Assembly (NCBI GenBank): GCA_963777715.1
Contig: CAVZRN010000001.1
Coordinates: 27,039 to 91,038 of the forward strand
Origin: an uncultured Gammaproteobacteria bacterium
Lineage (GTDB): Bacteria > Pseudomonadota > Gammaproteobacteria > JAURND01
Length of the DNA: 64,000 nucleotides
Direction of reading: 5' to 3'
Positions 1-11,547 of this stretch are shown piece after piece. The translations under genes and the position numbers were made by a program. The stretch's first letter is position 1, and every line of letters starts with the position of its first letter. The notes below the pieces were generated by a model. That model was not told the origin of the DNA. It did no database searches and saw only the letters and a program-made list of their open reading frames with translations.

Positions 1-1235
1 GCGACCTTGGAGATAACCCTTGGCAAGCGCCTCATGCTTGCGTGGGCTAAAATCTAACAATGGATATAGTTGCGTAGCATTGTGTTTATCTTTTTCTACA
101 AACCATATTTGATCACGACGAAACAACTCATTGTCCAATAATGACGTGTCATGTGTAGAAAAAATCAATTGCGCACCCTTCTTATTAATCTCGGGATCAC
201 ATAATAAACTAATTAGAAATCGAACAAATAATGGATGCAAGCTGTTATCCAGTTCGTCAACAACCAATATACGACCGTTTTCTATAGCGTCTATCCAAGA
301 GCCAGCAAACCCAAACGCTCGCTTGGTTCCAGCTGATTGTTCACCTAAAGGTAACATGGCATCTTCAATACCATGATTAAACTTTACTTCCCAACGTTCC
401 TGATTTGCTAATTGTTTGTTAAAGAAATCTCTTACCTCCGATGGCATCTTCGTTGAAGAAGGGATTTCTGGAGTTTTATCCATTTTTTTGACAATAATGT
501 CGGTAATACTTTTATCCGCATTTTGTATAAATGTCAGAATTTTTTGTTTCCCTGCTTCGGTTTTAATTCCCTCGATACTCCTATGACCATTAAACTGTCC
601 CCCCCCCCAGCAGACAGATCAATAAACACTAAATCTGCTTGAAACCAGGCAAAAACTGGCTTCAGTTGTTCATTATTCAGGTCAACCGATCGCGACAAAA
701 ACAACACATTTTCGCGTGTCAAATCTGCCAACCGACGACCATCTTTAAAAAATTTACTAAATTTCCACGTATAACCAGCTTTTTTGGAATCATAAATCCG
801 ATGAAACCATCGTTGCGCATGTCCTGATGGATATGCAACCAACCATTCTTCTTGCACACGCGCTTTGTCCGCAACAAATCCATATTGATAACGCACTGCA
901 TCTCTAATAAACGTTACCTCAAACTCACTCGGCTGATGGCGAATTGTTTTATCAAACAAAAAACTCTTAACTGGAATACTATCTCCTTGCTGTGATTGTG
1001 TTGCAGAGGATTGGACTAAAAATTGCATAAGTAATAACGCGCTAAGCAAGTTACTCTTGCCCGCGGCATTCGCACCATAAATAACCGCAGCACGAGTCAA
1101 ACGTAAATCCGCATTGTTTTCAACATGGCATACGTTAGATTCTAATTCCTTATCTTTGCCAGAACTGGCCACCAGACTCAACGTCTGCGGGTCACGCATA
1201 GAGAGGAAATTGCTGACTTTAAACTCAATTAGCAT
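1..1235 (-). CDS. AAA/ABC-type ATPase, RloA/AbiEii-like (AAA_21); 3' end outside window; single frameshift at G10 run (599-608)
   Basis: N-terminus MLIEFKVSNFLS and Walker A GANAAGKSN in ORF 534-1235. By hand translation, the shifted frame is open from 600 to 1 and gives EQSAGT, Walker B ILVVDELDNSLHP, QLIFSTHD and RRDQIWFVEK, typical of RloA-like ATPases. Confidence 0.85.
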
Positions 1236-1491
1236 AGCTTAATTTCTCTAAAATTTGACTAATTCGCCTATTATTGCATAAAATCTGCAAATTATGAAGT
1301 AAAAGTTTAATTTTTAAGCCATTGGACTGAAACAAGTATGGCTAGCTTAGGCTATTTCTATTGCCATTTATCCGGATAATTGTTATTACAGCTGTAAATT
1401 TTCCGGAATTATTGACGCTTACATTTCTATCAAGCTGAGAATTCCAGCTTATGTTATCATCTCGTAACCCCAAACCTATTCAGCTGCCCCT

Positions 1492-2855
<1,364 letters not shown>

Positions 2856-3025
2856 AAAAAGATTTGACGCAAAGACGCAGAGACGCAAAGAAAAGATTAA
2901 AAAAAGAAAAAAACTTAAAAAAACAAAGACTCAATATAAAAACATAAACAAAATACCAAAAGACAAAAATAATTTTTTTAAATGTTTTATGTTTTTCTCT
3001 GCGTCTTTGCGTCAAATCTTTTTAT
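2856..3025. repeat. family A palindromic element copy 1 (GACGCAGA/GACGCAAA arms, AT-rich core)
   Basis: AAGATTTGACGCAAAGACGCAGAG ... CTCTGCGTCTTTGCGTCAAATCTT inverted arms between convergent purB and lpxA. Confidence 0.9.
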
Positions 3026-3044
3026 TTTAAGTCTTTTTCTTTAA

Positions 3045-3815
3045 TCACCGCGCGATCCCGCGCTTGGCGCGTTGCAACGCTGTAATGAGTGGCCTTAATT
3101 GTGGGCAAGTATCCGACATAGGAAGCAACTGTTCAACCGCATCCTGCAAACGCAAACCCTGACGATATACTAAGCTGTAGGCGCGTCGCAATACACGCAG
3201 AGTTTTTTCATCAAATCCCTGACGTTTCAACCCCACCAGATTTAAACCACGCGGTGTCCCTGGATTGCCAGTTACCAATAGGTAGGGCGGAATATCCTGC
3301 GCTACCTTGGTGCCACTGCCAAAAAAACTGTAGGCGCCCACGGTGACAAATTGATGCACGCCACAGAATGCACTAAAGTTAACAAAATCTTCAACATGCA
3401 CATGCCCCGCCAGGCTAGTGTTATTCGCTAAAATAACCTCATTGCCCACATTACAATCGTGCGCAATATGTGCATATGCCATGATTAGATTATGGTTACC
3501 GACACGAGTTACACCGCCACCTTGTATTGTGCCACGATGTAAGGTGCAAAATTCACGAATTACATTGTTATCACCAATTTCTAAATAAGTCGTTTCTTCC
3601 TTGTATTGGGTATGTTGTGGATCGCCCCCCACTGCTACAAAGGCATCGATGTAATTATTACGCCCGATCTTGGTGTTCTTATTAATTAGCGTATGCGGTC
3701 CGATATGGGTGCCTTCACCAATTTCTACATCGGCGCCCACAATCACATAGGGGGCAATGCTGACACCAGCAGCAATACGCGCACTGGGATCAATAATAGC
3801 GCGGGCATCAATCAC
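3045..3815 (-). CDS. lpxA: acyl-ACP--UDP-N-acetylglucosamine O-acyltransferase
   Basis: Hexapeptide repeats, HIAHDC motif, [15 protein letters not shown] start overlaps the fabZ stop (GTGA). Confidence 0.95.
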   Translation of the reverse strand: MIDARAIIDPSARIAAGVSIAPYVIVGADVEIGEGTHIGPHTLINKNTKIGRNNYIDAFVAVGGDPQHTQYKEETTYLEIGDNNVIREFCTLHRGTIQGGGVTRVGNHNLIMAYAHIAHDCNVGNEVILANNTSLAGHVHVEDFVNFSAFCGVHQFVTVGAYSFFGSGTKVAQDIPPYLLVTGNPGTPRGLNLVGLKRQGFDEKTLRVLRRAYSLVYRQGLRLQDAVEQLLPMSDTCPQLRPLITALQRAKRGIAR

Positions 3816-4252
3816 GGCTTTGGTCTCCGCACATTTAAAATTTCTGCTGAACACGCCAACTCTTTATCAACAAAAGCTTCACACTGAAACTTAAAAATTT
3901 CTCGCTTACTGCGTATCAGTTCTACGTTTAAACGTAACTGATCTCCCGGAACGACCATACGCTTAAAACGTACATTATCGATGCCCGCTAATAAAAATAA
4001 ATTTTCTTCCTTCGATAAGGTAGGATCAGATTTTAGAATAACAATGCCTGCCGCTTGCGCTAATGCTTCTACGATCAACACCCCTGGCATCACCGGTTGC
4101 TCCGGAAAATGTCCAGTAAAAAATGGTTCATTAATCGTAACGTTCTTAATAGCGACCAATGACTTCCATTCTTGAAACTCCAATACCCTATCCACCAATA
4201 AAAATGGATAACGATGTGGCAAGTAATGCAGTAACTCTTGTATGTTCATCAT
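3812..4252 (-). CDS. fabZ: 3-hydroxyacyl-ACP dehydratase
   Basis: [13 protein letters not shown] and [20 protein letters not shown] motifs; operon context. Confidence 0.97.
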   Translation of the reverse strand: MMNIQELLHYLPHRYPFLLVDRVLEFQEWKSLVAIKNVTINEPFFTGHFPEQPVMPGVLIVEALAQAAGIVILKSDPTLSKEENLFLLAGIDNVRFKRMVVPGDQLRLNVELIRSKREIFKFQCEAFVDKELACSAEILNVRRPKP

Positions 4253-4283
4253 AAGTTAATTCACCTATAAACGTAATTTGAAA

Positions 4284-5333
4284 CTATAACGCGGAAATAG
4301 TTCTTTCCAGTTTTTTCAAACGACGCGCCATATTATCCAATTGTGAAAAACGAATAATATTTTTACGCCACTCTCGATTCGGCACTGCTGGCATACCCGA
4401 TGAATACACACCGGGTTGCAAAAGAGACGACCCCACCTCTGCCTTCGCAGTTAAAATAACGCCATCGACAATTTCAATATGTGTACCAATTGGACCGCCA
4501 ATCGCCACACCACCACCAATCATACAATGTTTACCTATCTTGGTGCTGCCAGCAATGATAGTTGCAGCTGCAATGGCAGTATGGGCGCCAATGCGCACAT
4601 TATGCGCAACTTGAATCAGGTTATCTAGTTTCACGCCTTGCTCTATGACGGTGTCTTCCAGGGCGCCACGATCAATCGTGGTATTAGCGCCAATCTCCAC
4701 ATCGTCATCAATAACCACCCCGCCCAGTTGTGGAATTTTATGCCAAATTCCTCGGTCATTGACCATACCAAATCCATCGGCGCCAATGACTACACCACTA
4801 TGTACAATAACTCTATTTCCTAGTTTAATGTCGTGATAGAGCGTTACCTGGGCATACAATAAACTATCCGCGCCTATCACGCTGCGATCGCTAATCACAC
4901 AGCCCGGATACACAACGCTATGTTCGCCAATGGTAACATGGTTACCAATTACACAATTAGCGCCAATACGCGCGGTTGCTGCAATGCGACAGTGTTCGCC
5001 AACAACGGTACTCGAATGTATGCCGACCGCTAATGAAGGCGTAGACGCAAACAAGGCGGCCACCTTCGCATACCCCAGGTAGGGATTGTCTAAAATAAGG
5101 CAATTGCCCGTAAAGGCAACAGCGTCACGCGGCGCAAGAATAACTGCAGATGCCTGTGTTTTATCTAAAAATGGCTTAAACTTGGGTATATGTAGAAAAC
5201 TGATTTGACCGAATTGCGCCTTATCCAATGGGGCAATGCCAGTGATTTGACAGGTTGCATCACCATGTAATTCAGCCTGTAGGTACTGAGCTAGTTCTTG
5301 GAGGGAGTGGGAGGGGGTAGGGTATGCACACAT
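4284..5333 (-). CDS. lpxD: UDP-3-O-(3-hydroxyacyl)glucosamine N-acyltransferase
   Basis: Hexapeptide repeats, IGADGFG and [12 protein letters not shown] motifs. Start set at the ATG at 5333 because the longer ORF reads through a repeat. Confidence 0.93.
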   Translation of the reverse strand: MCAYPTPSHSLQELAQYLQAELHGDATCQITGIAPLDKAQFGQISFLHIPKFKPFLDKTQASAVILAPRDAVAFTGNCLILDNPYLGYAKVAALFASTPSLAVGIHSSTVVGEHCRIAATARIGANCVIGNHVTIGEHSVVYPGCVISDRSVIGADSLLYAQVTLYHDIKLGNRVIVHSGVVIGADGFGMVNDRGIWHKIPQLGGVVIDDDVEIGANTTIDRGALEDTVIEQGVKLDNLIQVAHNVRIGAHTAIAAATIIAGSTKIGKHCMIGGGVAIGGPIGTHIEIVDGVILTAKAEVGSSLLQPGVYSSGMPAVPNREWRKNIIRFSQLDNMARRLKKLERTISAL

Positions 5334-5368
5334 CTTCGTAGGAAATCTCGTAGCATAGGATGGCGCTG

Positions 5369-5636
5369 TTTTCCTTCTCCCCTTGTGGGAGAAGGTGGCC
5401 GCACCTAGATGTTGGCTGTAACCTTGGCATGGGCAACGTGCCAGACCAACTGATAAATTAGGATAAATTCGTGCGGACGGATGAGGGGATGATGAGGATA
5501 CTGCCCCATCCAATTACCCCTCATCCGTCCGCACAGTTTTAAATAACGTCTTTTAGGCAAGATGTTAATTGCCCTTACACTGTTGTAAGCCTGCATAAAG
5601 GTGCGGCCACCTTCTCCCACAAGGGGAGAAGGAAAA
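5369..5636. repeat. family C composite palindrome (CCTTCTCCCCTTGTGGGAGAAGGTGGCCGCAC outer arms; GTGCGGACGGATGAGGGG inner arms)
   Basis: Perfect ~36-bp terminal inverted repeats (5369-5404 and 5601-5636) and inner inverted pair (5471-5488 and 5517-5534); related copies at 48650 and 53513. Confidence 0.9.
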
Positions 5637-5669
5637 AAATGACACTATCCTGCCACTACCCTTACAAAA

Positions 5670-6218
5670 TTATTTCTTCGGCATCTGTTGGAAAACCTCA
5701 TCCGTAATATTAACTACTTGATTGCTAGAATAAGCGACCGCAGCATCAAGTAATACGACGTCTACATTCTCTTTCGCAGCCACGGTTGCAACCACATCCT
5801 TAATTTGCTTTAACAACGCATCCACGGCCTTATTTTGTGCGGCTTGTGAATCTTGCATTAGGCTTTTTTGCATGTCTTGCAGATCTTTCTGCTGTTGCAT
5901 TAATTTCTGCTCTGCGGCTTGTTTATCCGAAGCTGACATTACTGCGCTGTCACGATTAAATGCCTCTACGTTTTTCTTAAACCCTGCATCGGTATCGGTT
6001 AATTTCTTGCCACGATCACTAAATTGCTTTTTCAAGTCATCGCCAATTTGCTTCATCTGTGGCAATTTTTGCAATAAGTCTTGCATATTGATAACAGCTA
6101 TCTTGGGCGCACCCGATTTAACCATCACACTTGAGTTAGCATCAGCTGCCCATGCTGGTGTTGCAGAAAATAGCATCACCACGCAAAGAGCAATAAAGGT
6201 AAGAATTAGTTTTTTCAT
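5670..6218 (-). CDS. skp: periplasmic chaperone Skp/OmpH
   Basis: Signal peptide MKKLILTFIAL, KIAVINMQ, coiled coil, C-terminal NITDEV; lies between bamA and lpxD. Confidence 0.9.
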   Translation of the reverse strand: MKKLILTFIALCVVMLFSATPAWAADANSSVMVKSGAPKIAVINMQDLLQKLPQMKQIGDDLKKQFSDRGKKLTDTDAGFKKNVEAFNRDSAVMSASDKQAAEQKLMQQQKDLQDMQKSLMQDSQAAQNKAVDALLKQIKDVVATVAAKENVDVVLLDAAVAYSSNQVVNITDEVFQQMPKK

Positions 6219-6248
6219 AATGGCTCCATTTTTTAAGTTAAAAAATAA

Positions 6249-6312
6249 CGTAGGGGCAGGCCTTGTGCCTGCCCGAAACATTCTGCGGGCAGGCACAAGG
6301 CCTGCCCCTACA
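6249..6312. repeat. GTAG-type REP doublet (family B)
   Basis: GTAGGGGCAGGCCTTGTGCCTGCCC ... GGGCAGGCACAAGGCCTGCCCCTAC inverted pair. Confidence 0.9.
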
Positions 6313-6327
6313 TTCAAAATCTGACAG

Positions 6328-8610
6328 TTAGAAACTCGTGCCGATTGAGAAGTTAATAAATTGTAAATTATCACCTGGCTTGTCATTTAATACCTGACCA
6401 AAGCTGACTTTCAACGGACCCATGGGTGAAACCCAATCGATTTCCAGACCAGTAGAATAACGCAAATCGTCAAGCTGTACATTGCCCTGGTAAACATTAC
6501 CGGCATCGAAGAACAATGAAGTTCGCAGGCGATTACTGCTAATCGGATTAGGCACAATCAGGTTAACGCTAGCCGCTGTGAGCACGTTACCACCTAACGC
6601 ATTACCGGCAGAATCTCTCGGACCTAAACTGTTAGATTCATAACCACGCACCGTACCCATACCACCCGCATAATAATTCTTGAAGAAGGGCAATTCGTCA
6701 TAGCTACCATAGCCATCGCCATAACCCAGGTTGGTATCCAACGAGACAATAAAGCCCTTGGCAATTGGTTGGTAGTAAGTCGCATTATAATTCAAGCGAT
6801 AGTATTCAAGATTATTGGGCAGAATGGGTAGACCCGCTTCTAAACCAAGGTATTGATTAAAACCCTTTGTAGGCAATACAGCGCGGTCATAATTGTTATA
6901 GCTCCAACCGGCGGTAATTTTCGCATTATTGAAATGATCGCCATGCTGAGCAATAAAACCATTAATCTCTTGCGATGTATCGCCTGATCTCACATGCAGG
7001 TATTCATAGCCATAACCAAAGCTAAAATAACTGTATTCGGATAAAGGTAGTCGGTAATTCATCATTGCGCCGTAAGAATCTAGGGTATAGGCAGCAATAT
7101 TGGTATCATCTGGCTTCACCTGTTGGAAATACAGGCTAAAGCCTCGACTAATACCAGAGTCGGTATAGTATGGATTAAAATAGTTAAAACTATAGGTTTG
7201 CGCGTATTGGCTATTGTTAAACCCAAGTGACACTACCTTACCCTCACCACGGAAATTCTTTTGGGTGACGTTAGCGCCATAAATAATACCGTAGGCATCC
7301 GAATAACCCACCTGGGCAGTAGCGCTTAAAGAAGAGGCTTCTTTAACGTTATATTGCAAGTCCACCTGGTCTGGCTTACCCGGCACCGGTATCATTTTAG
7401 ATTCGATGTTTTCTAAATAGCCCAGATTGTTTAAACGACGCTTGGATTCATCCTGTTGTGATACCGAATAGACGCCGCCTTCCATCTGACGGGTTTCACG
7501 CCGCATCACTTGATCCGCCGTCTTGGTGTTGCCAAAATAATCGATATTGCGCACATAAACTCGCTTACCCGGTTCGACATTAAACGTCACGAATACCTGG
7601 CGGTTAGCGTCATCCAAGTTTGGGATGGCGTTAACCCGCGCCATGGCGTAGCCTTGATCGCCATAATAGCGACCAATAGCATCATTAATCGCCAGTACTT
7701 TTCTACGTGAGAATACCTCACCTGGCTTTAGCGTAATAAACCTTCGCACCATCGCTTCACCACCCAACAGTTCGCCACTGAGCGCATAGCCCTTAATACG
7801 ATACACCGGCCCTTCGGTCACATGGAACGTGATATTCACGGTCTTTTTGTCGGGACTCATCTGCACGTCCTCTGAGTCCACCTTAAATTTTAAATAGCCG
7901 CGATCGAAATAGAAATCTTGCAGCGCCTTAATATCATCTTGCAATCCTTCTTCCGAGTATTGATCAACGCTGCTGAAGAAAGCCCACCAGGGGCGCTTTT
8001 TCATCTTTAGATTCTTCAATAATTCGCTGGTTTTAAACGCCTGGTTGCCAACGATGGTGATCGACTTGACCTTGGCGACTTTCCCCTCGTGAATCTGAAT
8101 ATCCACCAATACACGATTACGGCTTTCATTGGTGACATTGACTGTAACTGTTGCATCATACCGGCCGCTCTTATGATATTGTTCAAGCAACGCCTGCTTC
8201 ATGCCATCAACAATAGCCTGGTCATACACCTCTCCTTCTACAATGCCAACTCCCTTCAACGCAGACATCAAATCCTTGGTTTTAACCTGCTTATTTCCTG
8301 AAATTTTAATCAATCCAATCGTGGCGCGTTCGACGACTTGAACAACGAGGGTGTTGCCGCGTCGCGCCAGACTCACATCACTAAAAAATCCGGTTTGGTA
8401 TAGATTATGAATAATAGTAGCCGTATCCGCAGCCGTTAGCGTCTGTCCGACATGGACCGGCAAATACTCCATAACCGTCTGTACGGGAATGCGCTGCAAG
8501 CCAGTGACTTCGATTTTTTGCACGACAAAACCATCGTCTGCGATAGTTGGAAGAGCAAATAGAAGTAAAATGGCTAACCAAAGGATGTGAATTTTTTTAG
8601 GAAAAGTCAT
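6328..8610 (-). CDS. bamA: outer membrane protein assembly factor BamA
   Basis: POTRA repeats (VTGLQRI, GNTKTADQVMRRE), VRGY motif, C-terminal FSIGTSF. Confidence 0.97.
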   Translation of the reverse strand: MTFPKKIHILWLAILLLFALPTIADDGFVVQKIEVTGLQRIPVQTVMEYLPVHVGQTLTAADTATIIHNLYQTGFFSDVSLARRGNTLVVQVVERATIGLIKISGNKQVKTKDLMSALKGVGIVEGEVYDQAIVDGMKQALLEQYHKSGRYDATVTVNVTNESRNRVLVDIQIHEGKVAKVKSITIVGNQAFKTSELLKNLKMKKRPWWAFFSSVDQYSEEGLQDDIKALQDFYFDRGYLKFKVDSEDVQMSPDKKTVNITFHVTEGPVYRIKGYALSGELLGGEAMVRRFITLKPGEVFSRRKVLAINDAIGRYYGDQGYAMARVNAIPNLDDANRQVFVTFNVEPGKRVYVRNIDYFGNTKTADQVMRRETRQMEGGVYSVSQQDESKRRLNNLGYLENIESKMIPVPGKPDQVDLQYNVKEASSLSATAQVGYSDAYGIIYGANVTQKNFRGEGKVVSLGFNNSQYAQTYSFNYFNPYYTDSGISRGFSLYFQQVKPDDTNIAAYTLDSYGAMMNYRLPLSEYSYFSFGYGYEYLHVRSGDTSQEINGFIAQHGDHFNNAKITAGWSYNNYDRAVLPTKGFNQYLGLEAGLPILPNNLEYYRLNYNATYYQPIAKGFIVSLDTNLGYGDGYGSYDELPFFKNYYAGGMGTVRGYESNSLGPRDSAGNALGGNVLTAASVNLIVPNPISSNRLRTSLFFDAGNVYQGNVQLDDLRYSTGLEIDWVSPMGPLKVSFGQVLNDKPGDNLQFINFSIGTSF

Positions 8611-8760
8611 GATGACTGCAGTGTCCTATAAGTCTGTGGAGTAATGTTAATATCTACTAAAAAATACCACATCCCTATGAGGTAATTTCTTCCGTGCCCA
8701 GGCACATAAACAGCGCCATTATAAGGCAGGGGGAATCTTAGCAAAGGACAACTGGGTTGT

Positions 8761-9375
8761 CTATTCAAAATAATGCGCCCCGCCTTCCTTCAAAAAAGCC
8801 AGCTCTGCCGCTGTCGAAGGACGCCCAAGGATTTCATTGCGATGCGGAAAACGACCATACTGAACAATCAGGTCGCGATGCCGCACTGCATAATCTAAAA
8901 ATCGTTCAAATAGGGCGCGCGTTTCTGGAAACGCAATCGCCGCCAACATTTGATATGCACGCACCGACAGCGCTTGCATTTCCGGACTTTCCGAATGCAT
9001 CAGCGGAAAATAAAAAAATACCCGCTCTATTAAGCTAAGTTGATGATCGTAAGAATGTTCCACACCTTGCAAACATATTTCCAAAGCTTGTTTATCCTGC
9101 TCAAACGCCTGGGGTAAATGGCGGTGAATATGGCGAGAAAATTGATCGAGTAAGATAATCAACGCTAATGAGCCACGCGGAGTTTTACGCCACAGATCGT
9201 GGCTCCCCTGCACGGCGCTTTTATAATCCTGCTGGAACTGTTGTTTAATCTCGCCATCAATCGCTTGATCGCCACTAAACCAAATCCAGGTGCGATGTTC
9301 CGACGGCAACGCCATTCTTTCAGCATTACCAAACCAGTAATGCAAAATAGCCTCTATACGATCAATATTAGTCAT
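8761..9375 (-). CDS. DUF924 family protein
   Basis: ILHYWFG, LALIILLDQFSRHIHR, FFYFPLMHSE and GRFPHRNEILGRPST motifs. Confidence 0.88.
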   Translation of the reverse strand: MTNIDRIEAILHYWFGNAERMALPSEHRTWIWFSGDQAIDGEIKQQFQQDYKSAVQGSHDLWRKTPRGSLALIILLDQFSRHIHRHLPQAFEQDKQALEICLQGVEHSYDHQLSLIERVFFYFPLMHSESPEMQALSVRAYQMLAAIAFPETRALFERFLDYAVRHRDLIVQYGRFPHRNEILGRPSTAAELAFLKEGGAHYFE

Positions 9376-9381
9376 ACGTTA

Positions 9382-11373
9382 CTATACAACGTGAGTTTCA
9401 TTGGTTTTGGGAGCGGCCTCTAAAATACCACAGCCTTGCGCATAGTAGATGGGACCGCCACGAAAGGGGGCAAATCCAGTGCCAAAAATCAGGCCAGCAT
9501 CCACCAGATCGGAATCTGCCACAATTTTCTCGCGCACACAAGCAATAGCTTCATTAATCAATGGCATAATTAACCGATCAGCGATTTCGGCCAAATTAAC
9601 GCCACTGGCAGGTTGCTCTTTTTTAATCGGCCTATCCTTTTTGTAGCTATAAAATCCTTGGCCGGACTTACGCCCTAACTCACCATTCGCCACTTTTTGC
9701 CGCAAACTTTCGGGTACAGTTACGGGAACTTGTTGCGCTAAAATATCCGCCACTGCCAGACACACATCCAAACCTACCGTATCTGCCAATTCAACCGGCC
9801 CCATCGGCATACCAAAATCCAGCGCAGCTGCGTCAATGGTGGTGGCGGGTATACCTTCTTCCAGCAATGTCATCGCGGTCATTAAGTAGGGTATCAACAC
9901 GCGATTTACCAGGAAACCAGGCGCACTTTTAACCGGCAACGGCAATTTATCCAACAAGCGCACAAACGCCAGCGCTTGACTAGCGACCAATGCATCAGTC
10001 ACATCTGTATGCACCACTTCCACCAACTGCATTTTAGCCACTGGATTAAAGAAGTGAATACCCACAAGACGCGCAGGATTTTCCAACACCGTGCTAAGGT
10101 CTTCCAAACGTAAACTGGAAGTATTCGTCGCCAATATCGCCCCCGGTTTCAGGCGGGGTTCTATGGCCTGGTAAATGGCATGTTTGACTTGCAAATTTTC
10201 CGACACTGCCTCAATCACAATATCTGCCCTACCCACCCCCTGACCAGCAGGGTCCGGCATTAGACGATCCAATGCGGCCTGCACTAAACGCGGCGTTTTG
10301 AGTTTTTTCTCAAATAATTCCGTCGCACGTTTTATCGCAGGCGCAATTAATTCCGGTAGACGATCTTGTAACGTCACCTGCAATCCACGCAGCGCACACC
10401 ACGCTGCAATATCACCACCCATCACGCCAGCGCCAATCACATGCACGTGCTGTGGGGTGAAACGCGCACCCTTGGCCAATCCTTTTAATCGCGTTTGCAG
10501 AAAAAATACTCGCACTAAATTACGACTGGTTTCACCTACCATTAATGCAGCAATGGAGTGTGCTTCCTGCACCATCGCCGCTTCTCCCTTAGCGCCGTCT
10601 TTTAACCAATTATCCACGATTGCATAGGGTGCGGGATAATGCTCACGATTGACCTTGGCTTCCAACTGTTTATACAGACGTTGCGCAACTAACCCACGCA
10701 TTAATTTCTGGCTCAATAATTCTTGCCACCATACTGCATGATGTGGACGCGGTTTATGCAGTGCATAATAGATCGCCGCACGGCGCAGATCACGCTCCGG
10801 CGCCACCACATCGACTAAGCCGATCTTAGCGGCTGCCCTGGCGCTAACCGGTCGTCCGCTTAAATTCATTTGCATCGCCGACAATACTCCAACTAATTGC
10901 GGTAGACGTACAGTGCCGCCAAATCCTGGATGCAAACCCAAATTCACCTCGGGAGCGCCCAATATGGTTTTTACACCCTCTTCCGCCACACGATAGCGAC
11001 ACGCCAATACAAATTCTAAGCCGCCACCCAAACAAAATCCTTGAATCATCGCCACCGTTGGAATCGACAACCCTTCCAGTTTATCGAAAATTAATTGCGC
11101 ATGGCGTACCAATTCAAACGCTTCATCTTGATCTTTTAACGCGACAAATTGTTCAATATCTGCGCCGGCAATAAATCCCGATGATTTACCCGATTGAATG
11201 ATGACCGCACGTAATGTTGCATCCGCAATGATGCCATCCAAAATACGGTCAAACTCCGTCAACACCTCACGGTTCAAGGAATTAACCGCAGAGGATTGGC
11301 GATCAATGGTCAGCCATAAAATGTGCTCGGCATCGGTCTGTAGTTTCCAATGTTGATACGATTGTGTTGTCAT
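9382..11373 (-). CDS. fatty acid oxidation complex alpha subunit (enoyl-CoA hydratase/3-hydroxyacyl-CoA dehydrogenase, FadJ/FadB-like)
   Basis: Crotonase FIAGADI and CLGGGLE, Rossmann VIGAGVMGGDIA, ATNTSS, HFFNPV. Confidence 0.93.
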   Translation of the reverse strand: MTTQSYQHWKLQTDAEHILWLTIDRQSSAVNSLNREVLTEFDRILDGIIADATLRAVIIQSGKSSGFIAGADIEQFVALKDQDEAFELVRHAQLIFDKLEGLSIPTVAMIQGFCLGGGLEFVLACRYRVAEEGVKTILGAPEVNLGLHPGFGGTVRLPQLVGVLSAMQMNLSGRPVSARAAAKIGLVDVVAPERDLRRAAIYYALHKPRPHHAVWWQELLSQKLMRGLVAQRLYKQLEAKVNREHYPAPYAIVDNWLKDGAKGEAAMVQEAHSIAALMVGETSRNLVRVFFLQTRLKGLAKGARFTPQHVHVIGAGVMGGDIAAWCALRGLQVTLQDRLPELIAPAIKRATELFEKKLKTPRLVQAALDRLMPDPAGQGVGRADIVIEAVSENLQVKHAIYQAIEPRLKPGAILATNTSSLRLEDLSTVLENPARLVGIHFFNPVAKMQLVEVVHTDVTDALVASQALAFVRLLDKLPLPVKSAPGFLVNRVLIPYLMTAMTLLEEGIPATTIDAAALDFGMPMGPVELADTVGLDVCLAVADILAQQVPVTVPESLRQKVANGELGRKSGQGFYSYKKDRPIKKEQPASGVNLAEIADRLIMPLINEAIACVREKIVADSDLVDAGLIFGTGFAPFRGGPIYYAQGCGILEAAPKTNETHVV

Positions 11374-11406
11374 GATTGATCCTTAAAAATATAAAAGATT
11401 AAATAC

Positions 11407-11545
11407 AAAAGATTTGACGCAGAGACGCAAAGACGCAGAGAAAAGATTAAAAACAAAAAGAAAAAACATTAAAAAATAAAAATATTTTTTTAAATATTTT
11501 ATGTTTTTCTCTGCGTCTTTGCGTCTCTGCGTCAAATTTTTTTAT
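11407..11545. repeat. family A element copy 2
   Basis: TTTGACGCAGAGACGCAAAGACGCAGAGAAAA / TTTTCTCTGCGTCTTTGCGTCTCTGCGTCAAA perfect arms; directly after the thiolase stop. Confidence 0.9.
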
Positions 11546-11547
11546 CT

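Noticed and set aside
5334-5513. 60-aa N-terminal extension of LpxD; likewise 56 aa on Skp (6219-6386)
   Set aside because: Read-through of family C and GTAG repeats; downstream ATGs fit homolog lengths.
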